Below, piece after piece: positions 39,754 to 51,382 of a stretch of DNA of 64,000 bases. Below the pieces are notes generated by a model, which made no database searches, was not told the DNA's origin, and was given only the letters and a program-made list of their open reading frames with translations. Position 1 is the stretch's first letter, and every line of letters starts with the position of its first letter. The translations under genes and the position numbers were made by a program. Source of the DNA: Azolla caroliniana (lineage: Eukaryota; Plantae; Polypodiophyta); contig JBHGNT010000018.1 of NCBI GenBank assembly GCA_043228905.1, positions 12,276,001-12,340,000 of the forward strand. Reading direction: 5' to 3'.

Positions 39754-42408
39754 TCATTGTTCACCCAAATTGTCCAAAATACTTTGTTCCAGAGTTTCCA
39801 ATTGTTCTTCCGGTTGTGGTTGTTGCGGCTGTGCTTGCTGCTGCTGCTGTGGTTGCGGTTGGGACTGAGACTGCTCCGGCTGCTCCGTTTGTTTCTCTGA
39901 CTCCGGCATCCCCGTTTGACTGCTTCCGGTCCGGTCTCCTTCCAGTAACGGTTCCTCATCACTGAGGTTAACCGTAACCGGTTCTCGTGCTTTCTCTTCC
40001 CGGATCCGGGACCTCTCGTACCTTTCAAACTGGATCTGTGCCTCCAGCCTGTCGTCGTCCAGCTGAGCTACAAGTTGTCGGACTTGCCCTAGTTGGTCCT
40101 CTGCCAAGGCTTGAAAGTCTTCGGCCAGCTCATCTCTTATGCCGGTGAAGTCTTCGGAAGTCAGCATATAGCAATCATCCCCCTCCTTCCGCCGGTTCTC
40201 TACGTTGGCCCGGAGCAATTGGAGTTCCGCCGCGTTCGGGGCCCACTTGGTCCACCATTTGACGGAACCGTTGTCAATCAAGCTCTTGGTCTGGTTCAAC
40301 CAGGCCCGCATGATATCCTGGATGCGACTTGCTCCCATTTGTGCTCTACTTTCCACAACTTGTCGTTCCTCCTTCAACTGCTTGATGAGATTAGCCGTAT
40401 CCTCCGCCTGCTCTTTGTAGTGCGTCAGCTGCCCTTGATATGTTGTTTACAGCTTCTGCAGTACCGCCGCCGCTCTTTCTCTTTCCGCCTGCTGTTGCCT
40501 GAGGAGCTCTGTCCGAACCTTCTCTGCCTCTTCCAACCGTCTTCTGGTTTCCGCTTGTTCATTAGCGTATGCCATTGCGGTCCAATCAACTGCTTGCCGG
40601 AGCTCATCCGTCCGTTCCTTGTGCTCCGTTTGCATCCGTTTATACTCCCAGTGCAAGTGCTCAAATTCCTCCGTTTTTTGTTTGAGCTTGTCGTTGATCT
40701 GGCGATGGTTCCGGTCCTCCCGGTCCTTTAGCTGCCGGAGTTCCTCTTTCAGGCGCTCTACTTCCGTTTCGGCGTTTCTCTGGAGCCTGTCCTTCTCTTG
40801 CAGCATTTTCTCCTTCTCCTCCTTGAGCCGGTCGTACGCTTGGTGGCCTTTTCGTAAGCTCTCCTCGGCCCAGCGTAGATTCTCAGCAGTCTTTTTGAGT
40901 TCTGCCTCCGCTGCCGTCTTCAACTCTCTTTCGCGACTCCTCAGCGCTTCTTGGGCAGCTAGCTCATCCTTTAAGTCCGCAAGCTCTTGGGCTTGTGCCG
41001 CATTTCTCTCCGGAACAGTTTCCGTTGCCGGGGTCTGATTGCTATGTACAGGTTGATCTGACGCTTTATTCTGTACATTGCCCGGAGTCACCGGTGCTTG
41101 GACTTGTGTTGTCAAAGCCAATTGAGCCATTTCCCTTGTGACCCTGTCCAAGTCTTGTTCAAGGCTCCGGATTCTGGACCGGGCCGTCTCTAGATCTACG
41201 GTTGTGACGAGCAACCGTTCGTGGTGCGCTCTCTCCTCCGCCTCTATGTACTCGACCGCTCCGGCGATCTGCTCGCCTACCCACCGTAGCCACATGCTAC
41301 TGGTGCCTTGCTGCTGTACTGGTCGGGTCGGCTCGTTCACTGTGGAATTGTCTGGCCTGAGTGCCTGTATCTGCCGTTCTGGTTCTACTCCTTGGCCTCT
41401 GTGTGTGCTAGCTGGGCTCGCTGGCTGTTGAGTTCCGGTTCTCGCCGTCTCCGGAGCCGTTGGAATGACTTCTTGTATAGAAGTCGACAAGGCCGGTTCT
41501 ATACGCACCGGTTCCGGTTCCTCCCTTGCGGTTTGCTCAGGTTGAGTTGGGGGCGTTTCTTCCTTTTGCGGGTCCGAACGCTCCCCCGCTGTCCCGGCGG
41601 TCCTACTTCTTGACCGTCGTTGGAGGTGCTCTACTGGCTCCTCCGTTTCCTCTTCCTGGGTAACGGCATGTATCTGTGCCGTCAAGGGTTCCGGTTCCTT
41701 ATGTCCCGGTCGCCGTATGGTTATCTTAACGGGTCGGACCGGTGACACCTCCTCCGGTTCTGGGAGCCGTTTCTTCCCTTTCGTCGCCTTCGACGCCAGC
41801 AGCTGCTGTCGTTTGGACGCGGGCTTCGAGGTGCTTCCTTCCGATAATCTTGGCCGCTTCTTTGGCTGAATGGTCTCGACCGGCGGTGCGAGCAATGTTA
41901 TCCACTAAGCTACGGCATGCCACAGCTTCCGGCCCTCCTTGCCGTCCTTTCCTCGTACCGTGTCGATTGCCGCGCACAAACCGTCTGCAATCAACACCGG
42001 CCAATCCACCTTGATCCCTTCATAGGTGGCTATGATCATCCCTGGCCGATGTTTTGGCATGACAGGGGGTCGGGGGTACACGTGGCCGTACTCATGGAGC
42101 ACTCGAGCTATCTCCCTGAATAGCGGATCTTCGCCGCCCTGCGTTCGATAGCCTTTGCCGGCTAGAGAGTACTCACCGAAATATCGGATGAGTTGCTCCG
42201 AGGTTGGGTTATCGATCTGAAAAATACCTCCCTCCGGAAGGCCTGTTAGCGCACGGATCGCTTCCTCGGTGATGACTTCTGTGTCGAGCTCCTTGATGAC
42301 CCGGTCGGCTTCTTTGTGCGGTGGTGCCTCCATGATGGTCAAGAACCCATCCAGTCTGTGTTGCCTGAGCCATTTCCTGGCCGCTTCCGACAGCGTTTGT
42401 GGGTCCAT
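39754..42408 (-). pseudogene. G1 extra ORF3 (~884 aa from MDPQ; frame open from 42708), two nonsense codons; unknown function
   Basis: Track ORFs 41905-42708, 40447-41895 and 39754-40377 share one frame. Globular N-terminus, P/E/T-rich linker, long coiled coil, Q-rich end. Confidence 0.85.
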
Positions 42409-42779
42409 GTCTGCTTCGAGGTCGAGGAAAGATGGCGAGGTAGAGTGGTGATGAGAGTGAGAGCGAGAGAGAGAGAGTTCCGAACGTGGGGGTTCTCTGA
42501 GTGCAGGTTCGCGTCTGATAAGCTTCAACCGCCTTGGTGCTTCTGTGCTTCTTGGCTCGCGAAATGAAAAGGTCTCCATGCGTTCTGCTTTTTCTTTGTG
42601 CGTCTTGGCGCCTTTTTCGAGCATGCGCACGTCGTGTACCAATTTAGTATTAAGTAATGTGGCGGCTCTTAAATGCCCACTACGTACCTTTTCGCTCCTT
42701 GCTTCCACGTCCGTTCATACCTCGATTTTTAATGATTTCTTTTTTTTCTTTTTTCTTTTTTTAATGACGGTATGTGATC

Positions 42780-45700
42780 TTACACATCCGTAGGTCCCTT
42801 CGGACCCTTACCGTTTTCCTTACGGGTTGCCGTGTCTTCCTTCGCCTCTGCTACGGGTTCCCCGTTGTCTTTTTCTTCCATCCGTACCGTTCCCGGACAG
42901 GTTCCCGGTATAGTGCCGGTGGGCTGCATAAACGGGTTACTTGGCATCGGTCCTTTATAGGGCTTTAGTCTAAATCCGTTGACCCACTTGCCTAGCACTT
43001 CACTGGCAAGTGTCCCTAACTGATAGGACCCGTTGTATTCCCGTGTCAGCCAATACGGGCCTGTCCATCTAAACCGGAGTTTACCCGGCATCTTGCCCAT
43101 CCTCGTTTGGAATACTAGCACTGGCTTTCCAATTTCGAACATCTTTTCATTACCTTTCCGGTGACGGTCAACGAACGCTTTCCGTCGTCGTTGCTCCAGT
43201 TCCATGTGTAGGATGCTGGCCAGCCGTTGCTCCTCCAGTTCGCATAGTGCTGCTAGCCGCATTTCCTCCGACTCCTTTTCATTCAGCCGTTCCCGTAGTT
43301 GGGTCCGTAAGCTTGGTACCTGAAATTCCACCGGCATGACCGCCTCTAAGCCGAACGCTAACCGGAACGGCGTTGTCCGGATACTTGTTTTGTATGCCGT
43401 TCGGTACGCCCATAGCGCGCTATGGAGCTTTGTATCCCAGTCCGTCCGGTTTTCATTGACGATTTTGCGGAGAATGTTTTGGAGCGTTTTGTTGGTTGAC
43501 TCTGCTAACCCGTTTGCTTGTGGGTAGTACGGTGTGCTCCGTTTATGGACCACGGCATAGAACGTTGTTAAGCTTTCAACTACCTGCCCGAGGAAGTGCC
43601 CTCCTTGGTCGCTGATTAATTCAATCGGACATCCATATCGGCACCAAATGTTCTCGTACAGGAATTTTGCTGTGGATGACGCGGTGTTGTCTCTCAAGGC
43701 CTTAGCCTCCACCCATTTAGTGCAATAATCTGTTGCCACGATGACATAACGATTACCCGTTCTCATTGTCGGTGGCTTGAACGGTCCGACAAAATCCAAC
43801 CCCCACTTCTGGAATGGCTCTAGTGGAAGTACTGGTTGGTGTGGCATCCGTGCTTGCTCCGTAGGCTGGCCCATTCGTTGGCATAGGTCACATTCCTTAG
43901 CATACTTGACGGCGTCTTTTAACGTCGTGGGCCACCATAAGCCGCTCTGCCATACTTTCCTTGCCATCGCTTCCCCGGCATAGTGTCCTCCGGCAACCCC
44001 ACGGTGTGCTTCCCGTAAGATTACTTGTTTCTCGTCACTACGGACTGCCCGTCTCCATATTCCATCTGCTCCCTTGTGGTAGAGAGTGTCCCGTAACAGA
44101 CAGAAATTGCGGCTTTGCACCGCCAGTCGTTTCCTCTCGTCCCGGTTCATTTCCTCCGGTGGCAGGCCCGTGCTGAGGAACTGGTGCATGTTTGTCAGCC
44201 ACCTATCTTCTGATGCCACCGTGTCGTCCGCTGCCGTTTCCGGGGTGATACGGAATAACTCTGCGTCCGGGAATTCATCCGATACTCCGTCGCTTGATTC
44301 TCCGGACTCTAACCAGCTCAGGTAGTCTGCTACGGCATGCTGGATACCGGGCCGGTGGAAGATCTCGAATTCGAACTCCTGCAACAGCAAGGTCCAACGG
44401 GCCAACTTACCGGTCAGGGACGCCTTGGACACTAAGTACAGGAGCGCCGAGTGATCCACATGAAAGGAGAACTTCCTTCCCAATAGGTAATGACGAAACT
44501 TTGTGACACTATAGATCATGCCCAGGGCCTCCCGTTCCGTAGTCGAATAGTTCTTCTCCACTTGGGACAGCTTCCGGCTGGCGTAATATACCGGCGGGTA
44601 CCATTTGGGCTCCGTAAGTTGCATTAAGGCGCTGCCGATAGCGATGTCGGAAGCGTCAACGAACACATGAAATTCCTTGCTCCAATCCGGAGGCTGCACG
44701 ACGGGTGCTTGCGACAAAAGTACCTTCAGGGCATTGTATGCCTTATCCTCCGTATCCGTCCATTGGAACGGTGTCCGATGTACCGCGGTGTGTAATGGTG
44801 TAGCCAAGTCAGCCAAGTGACGGAGCATCCGGCTGTGCCACCGGATCTGTCCTAAGAATCGGCTTAGTGCTTTGGCCGTTTTCGGCGCCGGTGCCCCTAG
44901 TATCGCGTTTACTTTGTCCGGGTCGACCGCAATGCCCTCCTTACTTACAATGTGTCCCAGTAAGATTCCACTTGAAACCCCAAAGATGCATTTTGCTGGG
45001 TTTAAGCTTAGCCGGTATAACCTACACTTTTCAAGGCATAACCGTAGGTGCTGCAAATGGTCTTTTTCCCGGCTATAGACTGCAAAGTCATCCAGGAAAA
45101 CCTGCATGAAGGCTGGAATGTATTCGCCGAAGATCTCCATGATGATTCGCTGGAAAGTTGCTGGTGCCGTTTTTAGTCCGAACATCATTACTACGGCCAC
45201 AAACACCCCCCATTCGGTTACGAACGCTGTCTTCTCCTGGTCGTCAGGGTGCATCCGGATTTGATTGTATCCGCTGAACCCGTCTAAAAAGCTATAAACT
45301 TCATGGCCGGCGACGGCATCCAGTACTCCATCCGTGAACGGAAGAGGGAATGCATCCGTAATTGTGGCTGCATTTAGTTTCCTGTAATCTACACACACGC
45401 GGATTTTACCGTTCTTCTTTAGGACGACGACGATGGGGCTCAGCCACGTCGCTTTCTTTACCGGCCGGATGAAGCCCACTCTTAGGAGTTTGTCGATTTC
45501 CTCCTTCACTTTGGCGGCGTAGTTGGGGTTCATTCGGTAACGTCTTTGCGCCACTGGTTTCGCGTCCTTGCCTAACTGGATCTGATGCTGATATAATTGA
45601 GGGTCCAACTCTCGCATGTCTTCGTATGACCAGGCGAATACGTCGCGAAACTCCGTGAGAAGTTTGATCATCGCCGCTTTATCTTCCGGCTTCATTTCTT

Positions 45701-46781
45701 TGGCGATGTGTACCGGCTTTGATTCGTCCTTGCTTCCTAGGTTCACTTCGTCGAGCTGGGATGTTTTTACCCGTTGGGAAACGGCCATTTCCCGTTCCAA
45801 CGCTTCCTGTGCTTGCCGTAATTCCCGAATCGAATCTTTGTCTGGTTCGGCTTCAGTTTCGTCCCGCTGCGGCAAGTATGGCGCTATGGCTTCAGCCACG
45901 TCAATCTCGAAGAGTGGTACGATCTTCGGGTGTTCCTCCAAGTACTGGGCTTCTTCGTCGTTTGCCAACCCTTCAAGCATGTTCACGCATTCCGCATACA
46001 GCGGTGTGCATTCCTTACCGTTGCTCGTCCGTGGTTGTGTCGGTACCCGGACCTTGGCTTTTCCGCGCCGGAAGGTAATCATATTTTTCCGCCAATTTTG
46101 CTTGATGTGTGTTGTTTTCAACCATGTTCTGCCCAGCAACAGTGGGTACGCGCCTTGCGCCTGTAGCTGCAGCACTACAGCCGAGATGTGAAATGTGTGA
46201 CCTCCTATGGTGACTTCCAATTTCCGTATTAAGCTCGTCGGCCGTACAGAGCTCGTATCCGCCATCCGTAGCCAGAACGGACATGGCTCCCATTCATGTA
46301 TACCCAAGGCATCACACGTGCGGAGGCTTATTACGCTCACCCCGGAACATCCATCGATTACTGTGCCGGGAAGTTCGTGCCCTTTGACAATAGCTGTAAT
46401 CACCGGACTACTAGTGTCCACCACCGTCGGTCCCTCCTCCGGATTCGAGAAGAGGACTGGTGCCGGTGGGGCTATACCGTCTGTCATGACCGTTTTTAGT
46501 CCTTCCGTAAATCGCGGCACGAGCTGCAAGAGTCTTCCTAATGGCAACGTGATCTGACATTCTTGCAGTGCTTGCCATGTCTCGTTTTCTGCGTGGCTAC
46601 CACCGGCACTCCCTATGGTATTCGCCTTTTGCCGTTCCGCGTCCGCGACGTTCCTTTCATTAGCTTCCTTCACCCATTCCGTCGCCTGTTTTCGTATGGC
46701 CTCTTGTGTTTCCCACTCTTTGGCCATGCCTTTCGACCGTGTGGTTACTTGCTGTACATCCGCCACTTCCGGAACCACCAT
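42780..46781 (-). CDS. pol: G1 pol (protease, RT, RNase H, integrase), uninterrupted 1333 codons
   Basis: PR VIDGCSGVSVI; RT FLDGFSGYNQI, MMFGLKTAPATFQR, FLDDF; RH VDASD, NYSTTEREAL; INT H..H..CDLC, WGLDFVGP, SDQG, QANGLAE, WTGPY. No chromodomain and no additional archaeal-type RNase H. Confidence 0.95.
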   Translation of the reverse strand: MVVPEVADVQQVTTRSKGMAKEWETQEAIRKQATEWVKEANERNVADAERQKANTIGSAGGSHAENETWQALQECQITLPLGRLLQLVPRFTEGLKTVMTDGIAPPAPVLFSNPEEGPTVVDTSSPVITAIVKGHELPGTVIDGCSGVSVISLRTCDALGIHEWEPCPFWLRMADTSSVRPTSLIRKLEVTIGGHTFHISAVVLQLQAQGAYPLLLGRTWLKTTHIKQNWRKNMITFRRGKAKVRVPTQPRTSNGKECTPLYAECVNMLEGLANDEEAQYLEEHPKIVPLFEIDVAEAIAPYLPQRDETEAEPDKDSIRELRQAQEALEREMAVSQRVKTSQLDEVNLGSKDESKPVHIAKEMKPEDKAAMIKLLTEFRDVFAWSYEDMRELDPQLYQHQIQLGKDAKPVAQRRYRMNPNYAAKVKEEIDKLLRVGFIRPVKKATWLSPIVVVLKKNGKIRVCVDYRKLNAATITDAFPLPFTDGVLDAVAGHEVYSFLDGFSGYNQIRMHPDDQEKTAFVTEWGVFVAVVMMFGLKTAPATFQRIIMEIFGEYIPAFMQVFLDDFAVYSREKDHLQHLRLCLEKCRLYRLSLNPAKCIFGVSSGILLGHIVSKEGIAVDPDKVNAILGAPAPKTAKALSRFLGQIRWHSRMLRHLADLATPLHTAVHRTPFQWTDTEDKAYNALKVLLSQAPVVQPPDWSKEFHVFVDASDIAIGSALMQLTEPKWYPPVYYASRKLSQVEKNYSTTEREALGMIYSVTKFRHYLLGRKFSFHVDHSALLYLVSKASLTGKLARWTLLLQEFEFEIFHRPGIQHAVADYLSWLESGESSDGVSDEFPDAELFRITPETAADDTVASEDRWLTNMHQFLSTGLPPEEMNRDERKRLAVQSRNFCLLRDTLYHKGADGIWRRAVRSDEKQVILREAHRGVAGGHYAGEAMARKVWQSGLWWPTTLKDAVKYAKECDLCQRMGQPTEQARMPHQPVLPLEPFQKWGLDFVGPFKPPTMRTGNRYVIVATDYCTKWVEAKALRDNTASSTAKFLYENIWCRYGCPIELISDQGGHFLGQVVESLTTFYAVVHKRSTPYYPQANGLAESTNKTLQNILRKIVNENRTDWDTKLHSALWAYRTAYKTSIRTTPFRLAFGLEAVMPVEFQVPSLRTQLRERLNEKESEEMRLAALCELEEQRLASILHMELEQRRRKAFVDRHRKGNEKMFEIGKPVLVFQTRMGKMPGKLRFRWTGPYWLTREYNGSYQLGTLASEVLGKWVNGFRLKPYKGPMPSNPFMQPTGTIPGTCPGTVRMEEKDNGEPVAEAKEDTATRKENGKGPKGPTDV

Positions 46782-48626
46782 ATTAACTGTTGGTCGTTTA
46801 TCGTAGCTCTTTGCCGGGCACTGGTTACTGTAGTGGCCTTCCTGCCTGCAGTAGTAGCAGTACTCTTTACAGGTATTGCTAGATTCAGCATTGCTGGTAG
46901 CCGGAGTCGGTCCTGTAGTGAGTGGTGCGTTCTGTGCCGGTTGGCTCCTTGGGGTTCCATGTTCCGGGTCCCTAGGGTGACCACCTTTCTTGAAATTATG
47001 TTTCTTATTATTCTTATTTTTATTTCGGTAGTCCTGTCGTGGTGGATCGTAACATCGGCCGTAGTCCTCCTGGTGCCTTCGGTAACCAGGGGAATGGTCT
47101 CTGTCGTATTGCTCGTGTCGTCTGTTGGACTCCCGATAACGGTCTGATCGCTCATACCGGTCGTAGTTATCATGCCGATCCCCTTACCGGCCATCATTCT
47201 CTTGTCTGTCTCCGTACCGGACATCCTGTGCCGGTCGGTACCGGTTCATTCTTTGCCAACGATCTTCATCTTCGTCTCGGCTGCTTCTTGGCTCGATCCG
47301 TCAGACGGGTGGTGCTTGTCGGTTTAGCAGGTTATACTCGCACCGGTCCGTTGTATGACTCTTGGATTGACAAATCACACACTGGGTTCGCATGGTGCAC
47401 TCCACTGCCGAGTGTCCGGCATTCAAGCAGATTGTGCATTGAATTGCCTGCCGGAACCGGAGATCTTCATCGGTGGGTAACGCCCGTTGCAGTGCTCCCA
47501 GTGTAAGCCATGAGCTTGACTTTTCCATTTCTCTGACCCGGTCAATGACCTGGTCAATGGTGCTTCCTCGAAAGTCGATCACCGTACACACCGTGCGTAA
47601 CGGTTCCCGGAGTGCGTTTAAAAATATCGTCCGTAATTCCTCCTCCGGGGGTGCACGGGCAAGCTGGCTATGCATTCGTTGGAAACGGATGACGAATTGG
47701 GGAATGCTTTCCCCTGCCTCCTGTCGGATCGTATAAAACAGGCCCACCATTATCGTCTGGTCGACCTCCTTGTGGAAAAAATGCAAGAATTTTGCTTTTA
47801 ATTCTGCAAAGGTTGTGATGGTCGCCGGGTCCTGCGTCCGCCGCCATCGTGCCACTGGTCCTTACAACGTGACCCCGAATTCCGCTATCTTCGAGCGTTC
47901 TTCTTCCTCCGGTGTCAATCGCTGGGACGCGTGATTTGCTTCCCATGTCTGCTCGAAGGCATGAACATGCGCTTCCGCGTCCGGATCATCGCGATACTTT
48001 GAGTATTGGAACGGCATGTCGTCGTCCAGTATTAGGCCGCGGTTTAGTGGCGTTTGTTGATATCTTTCCGGTTTTCTCTCCGGTTCCACTTCCGGTTCTT
48101 TTTCCGGTGCTTTTTCCGGTTCCTCTTCCGGTACCTTCGCCGGCTCTTTCGTTGGTGTCGGTGGCTTTGCTTCTTCCACTTCCGGTGTTAGTGGGTTGAC
48201 GGCTTCCGTTTGCGGTTCCGGATAGCCCTGGTCGAACGGTTCCGGTTCTGGAGTCGGCACGGTATCCGACCCGTCGTCCTCCGGGCCGACGGGGGTATCG
48301 TTGCTGCTCCGGTAGTTCGTGTGCACACTGTATCCCCCTTCGGAATCCGATTCGTAGGCTGAAAAGGCTTCTGCCTCGTTTTCTCCGCTTGCCAGCGCCT
48401 CGAGGAGGCGTTCGGTTTCCCGGAGACTACTTAGACCGCTTCCGTCGTCCTGGTCGCGAGTTTGCTGTAACCGAAGAGATTCCTCCGCGACTCTCCGGAT
48501 CTCGTTGGAGAATGAACGATCCGAGCGAATTTCGTGCGCTGCTTGCTGGAAAGTCTCACGCCGTCTTTGCCGTTCGGCGAGGCGTCGAGCTCGGTCTCTA
48601 ACCAGGTCGTGTGTTGGTCTAGTCAT
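46782..48626 (-). pseudogene. gag: G1 gag, in frame with pol, three nonsense codons
   Basis: Capsid-like TL*GPVARW...FAELKAKFL...IRQEAGESI; three CX2CX4HX4C knuckles; stops at 47862, 47301 and 47184. Confidence 0.9.
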
Positions 48627-51382
48627 CCATTAAGCCGTCGTTCGCTGCGAGAAAGCAGGAATCGTGGTCGCCAAAACTGTGTTGTTCTCTGACCGGACAA
48701 GGCCTAACACAAGGTGTCACGGAGACACTTCACCAAAGGGTGATTACGGCATAGGATTATGACTCAACGATTACACCGACCTAAGTAGGTTACACGATTA
48801 GAGCGCTTTTGTTAATTACACGCGTAAGATATAACAATAATTACAGAACGGAAATCAACACAGAAGTATAAACACCATACGCTCTATTAATTATCCGCTC
48901 CGATTACAATGGGGTCCGGGCCTTTAAATAGGTTTCCGGCCCGTAGTACAAAACGGTGCCTATCGCACCTATTCGGGATCCGTCCGGATCTGGAACGACA
49001 TACCGTTTCCAGTCCGTCCGTCCATACTATGCTTATTTACAACCATACTTAATTAATTCCTTCACTCCGTATTTTGGACTCCTTGCCGGCCGGTAACACT
49101 CTCCGATTCCCGTTCCACCATGCTTTGGAGACTCCAGAAACACTCGAAGACTTCACTCTTCTGCTCAATGAGGTAGATCCATGTGTGCCGCGTATAGTTG
49201 TCGATGAAGGAGACGAAATATCGACTCCCGTCAAGTCTAACATTCTGTGCCAGTCCCCACACATCCGAATGGATAAGGTCGAGCTTGTTATGGCTCCGGG
49301 TACGTTCGGTGGGGAATGGAAGCCTATGTTGCTTCCTGAGTTGGCAGGCTTCACATACTTGGGCCTTCCGGCCGCTGAACTTCGGCAAACCGAAAATAAC
49401 TTGTTTCGCTTGCAAGTCTTGAAGCCTCTGGTAATTGACGTGGCCTATCCGCTTGTGCCATAGGTCGATGTCCGATTCGACTTTCTCTCCATTTGCAAAC
49501 AGAGCGGTGCCGACGTCATTGGTGTCAAGGATAAACATCCTCCCGTTTCTACGCCCTTGCGCAATAATCTTGCCCTCTTCCTCGATGAAGCACCCGAGGT
49601 GCATAAACCGCACCTGCATCCCTTGGTCGACGATTTGTCCGAACGACACCAGGTTCTTCATGATTGTCAGAACATGTAATACGTTCATCAGCTTCCCCTT
49701 ATGTCCGACGTCGCTCAAAGGGACTTCTCCGACGTGCACGATTGGGTGAGTGTCGTCTTCAGTTTCGACTACTCTTGGTTGATCCGGTTTTTCCAAAAAG
49801 GAGAACCACTCTTTGTGGCTCGTCATGTGGTTCGACGCACCGGAATCAACATACCACACTTCCTCCGATTTGGACGTGGTCTTCTTCATCAAGTTCGCCT
49901 CGTGCTTCATCACCAAGGCTGGCCCGTTACCGTTCTTGGATACTCCCAATCCCTTCGCGTAGTGTGAGCTTTGCCGGTCATCCTTGCCGGCCTTGCCGGA
50001 TCCAGATTTGTTCGAATCGGCACGTTTTCTCCAGCACTCGCTTTCTCTATGGCCCTTTTTGCCACAGTACCAACATTCCATTGCAGTCTTCTCTTGCCGT
50101 CTTGTGGTGCCACCATGACTCCCCCTGCTCCCGGAGGGTGTCCAGAACTGTTGTTCGCACGTTCTCTGTGCCTTTGTTCCTGGTCTTGCCGGCCGCCTCC
50201 ATTGCGTGCCGACCCGCCTCGTCCACCATGCCCACAGGACCGATCCGCTTCCGTGTACAACATCCGGCTGTCAATGGGTGCGCTAGTTGATGCACCGGCG
50301 TGGTTCTTCTCTAAAAGGAGCATCGACTGTAAGTCGAAAAATGACGGCGTATTCTCCCTTGTACATACCGCCGTTCGGAACGCTCTGAACTTAGACGCCA
50401 GGCCCCGAAGACAGACCTGAACTATCTCGTCTTCCTCTACGGTAACGTTGATAGAGGTAAGCGAGTCACATATCTCTTTGATCTGGGCCGTGTAATCTGC
50501 CACCGACATGTCCTTCTGTCGGACATTGCTCAACTCCTGTCGGAGTTGCAACTTCAGGATTGTAGTACTCGCGGTGAAAACCTTCTTCAGGTTTCCCCAA
50601 GCCTCCTTCAGCGTCTTGGCGTCTCAGATGTGGCTCAGCACCTAGTCTCCGACACTGGAGGCAAAGCAGTACATCACTCTACTTGCCGATTGTTCCCACA
50701 GTAGGAAATCCTTATGTGCCGCATCAGGTGTTGTTTCGTTGGCTCCTTCGATGAAACTCCAGTAGCCCTGCCCAAGCAGGTACTGGTGCATCTTGTACGA
50801 CCAAGATGCGTAGTTGGATCTGTCGAGTTTCTCCACAAGGAGCGAGCTAGCCATTCCTCTATCCATCACTTCTTTGTTTATTGTTCTTACGACCTGTTAG
50901 GGTTTGCTTTCAGGCGTTTGTCGGCTGCAGAGGTTCTCAACCCTCGCACTCTGATACCATGAAAATGATTACTTGCGGAAGCATTAGAAAACAGAGGAAG
51001 TAGAGAATACACAGAGTACACGGGAGAGACAGAGAGAGCAGAACGTAAAAGCTATATTCAAAACAATAAAAACACTCTCTCAGTTACAACTGTGCTCAAT
51101 AGCACTATTTATACAAGTCCTTTTGGGACTAACAGAAGTACCGCGTACTTCAATACTCACACGAGTATCTGACACTTACTACGAGACTATAACTGCCTAG
51201 TAGTCTAAACTAATACTAGGCTTCTGGTTACTGATGGGATCCGACTAACCGGCTCCCCAGCTCACCGGGTCTGTTGCTTGCCGGCTCGGTTGCTCACCGG
51301 CTTACCGATCCGTCTCGCTCACCGACTCAGGCTTATCCAGCCTATCCGGCTCCAGTTGAGCTTGCCGCTCAACACTACCCAA

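Larger units (their letters stand above)
39283..49098 (-). mobile_element. Young non-chromoviral Gypsy G1 (Athila/Phygy-like) with an extra 3' ORF
   Basis: 419 bp LTRs 39283-39701 and 48680-49098 with about 3 differences seen; perfect TSD CTCTC; PBS TGGCGACCAC (tRNA-Arg type, 48664-48673) after a 6 nt spacer. Confidence 0.97.
30531..51374 (-). mobile_element. Copia B5 (family B), full length, degenerate, contains T3, G1 and an LTR remnant
   Basis: 415 bp LTRs 30531-30945 and 50960-51374; PBS 50949-50959; PPT 30946-30957. Coding pieces 49099-50869 (gag-PR-INT), 38389-39282 (INT), 30940-32816 (RT-RH-tail). TSD CTACC is intact only on the right. Confidence 0.93.

Noticed and set aside
40093-41613. 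Long antisense ORFs over G1 and other pol genes
   Set aside because: They are shadows of GC-rich coding frames with no recognisable motifs.
39754-42708. Retroviral envelope gene or captured host gene
   Set aside because: No signal peptide or transmembrane segment is visible, there are no introns, and no host protein is recognisable.
47862-47864. Programmed stop-codon readthrough in G1 gag
   Set aside because: The stop lies inside the conserved capsid motif and two more stops follow; CAA>TAA decay is simpler.
49062-50081. Chimeric ORFs reading from host element into nested LTRs (also 18066-18662, 32499-32966, 38797-39303)
   Set aside because: Artefacts of insertion junctions defined by TSDs and LTR termini.
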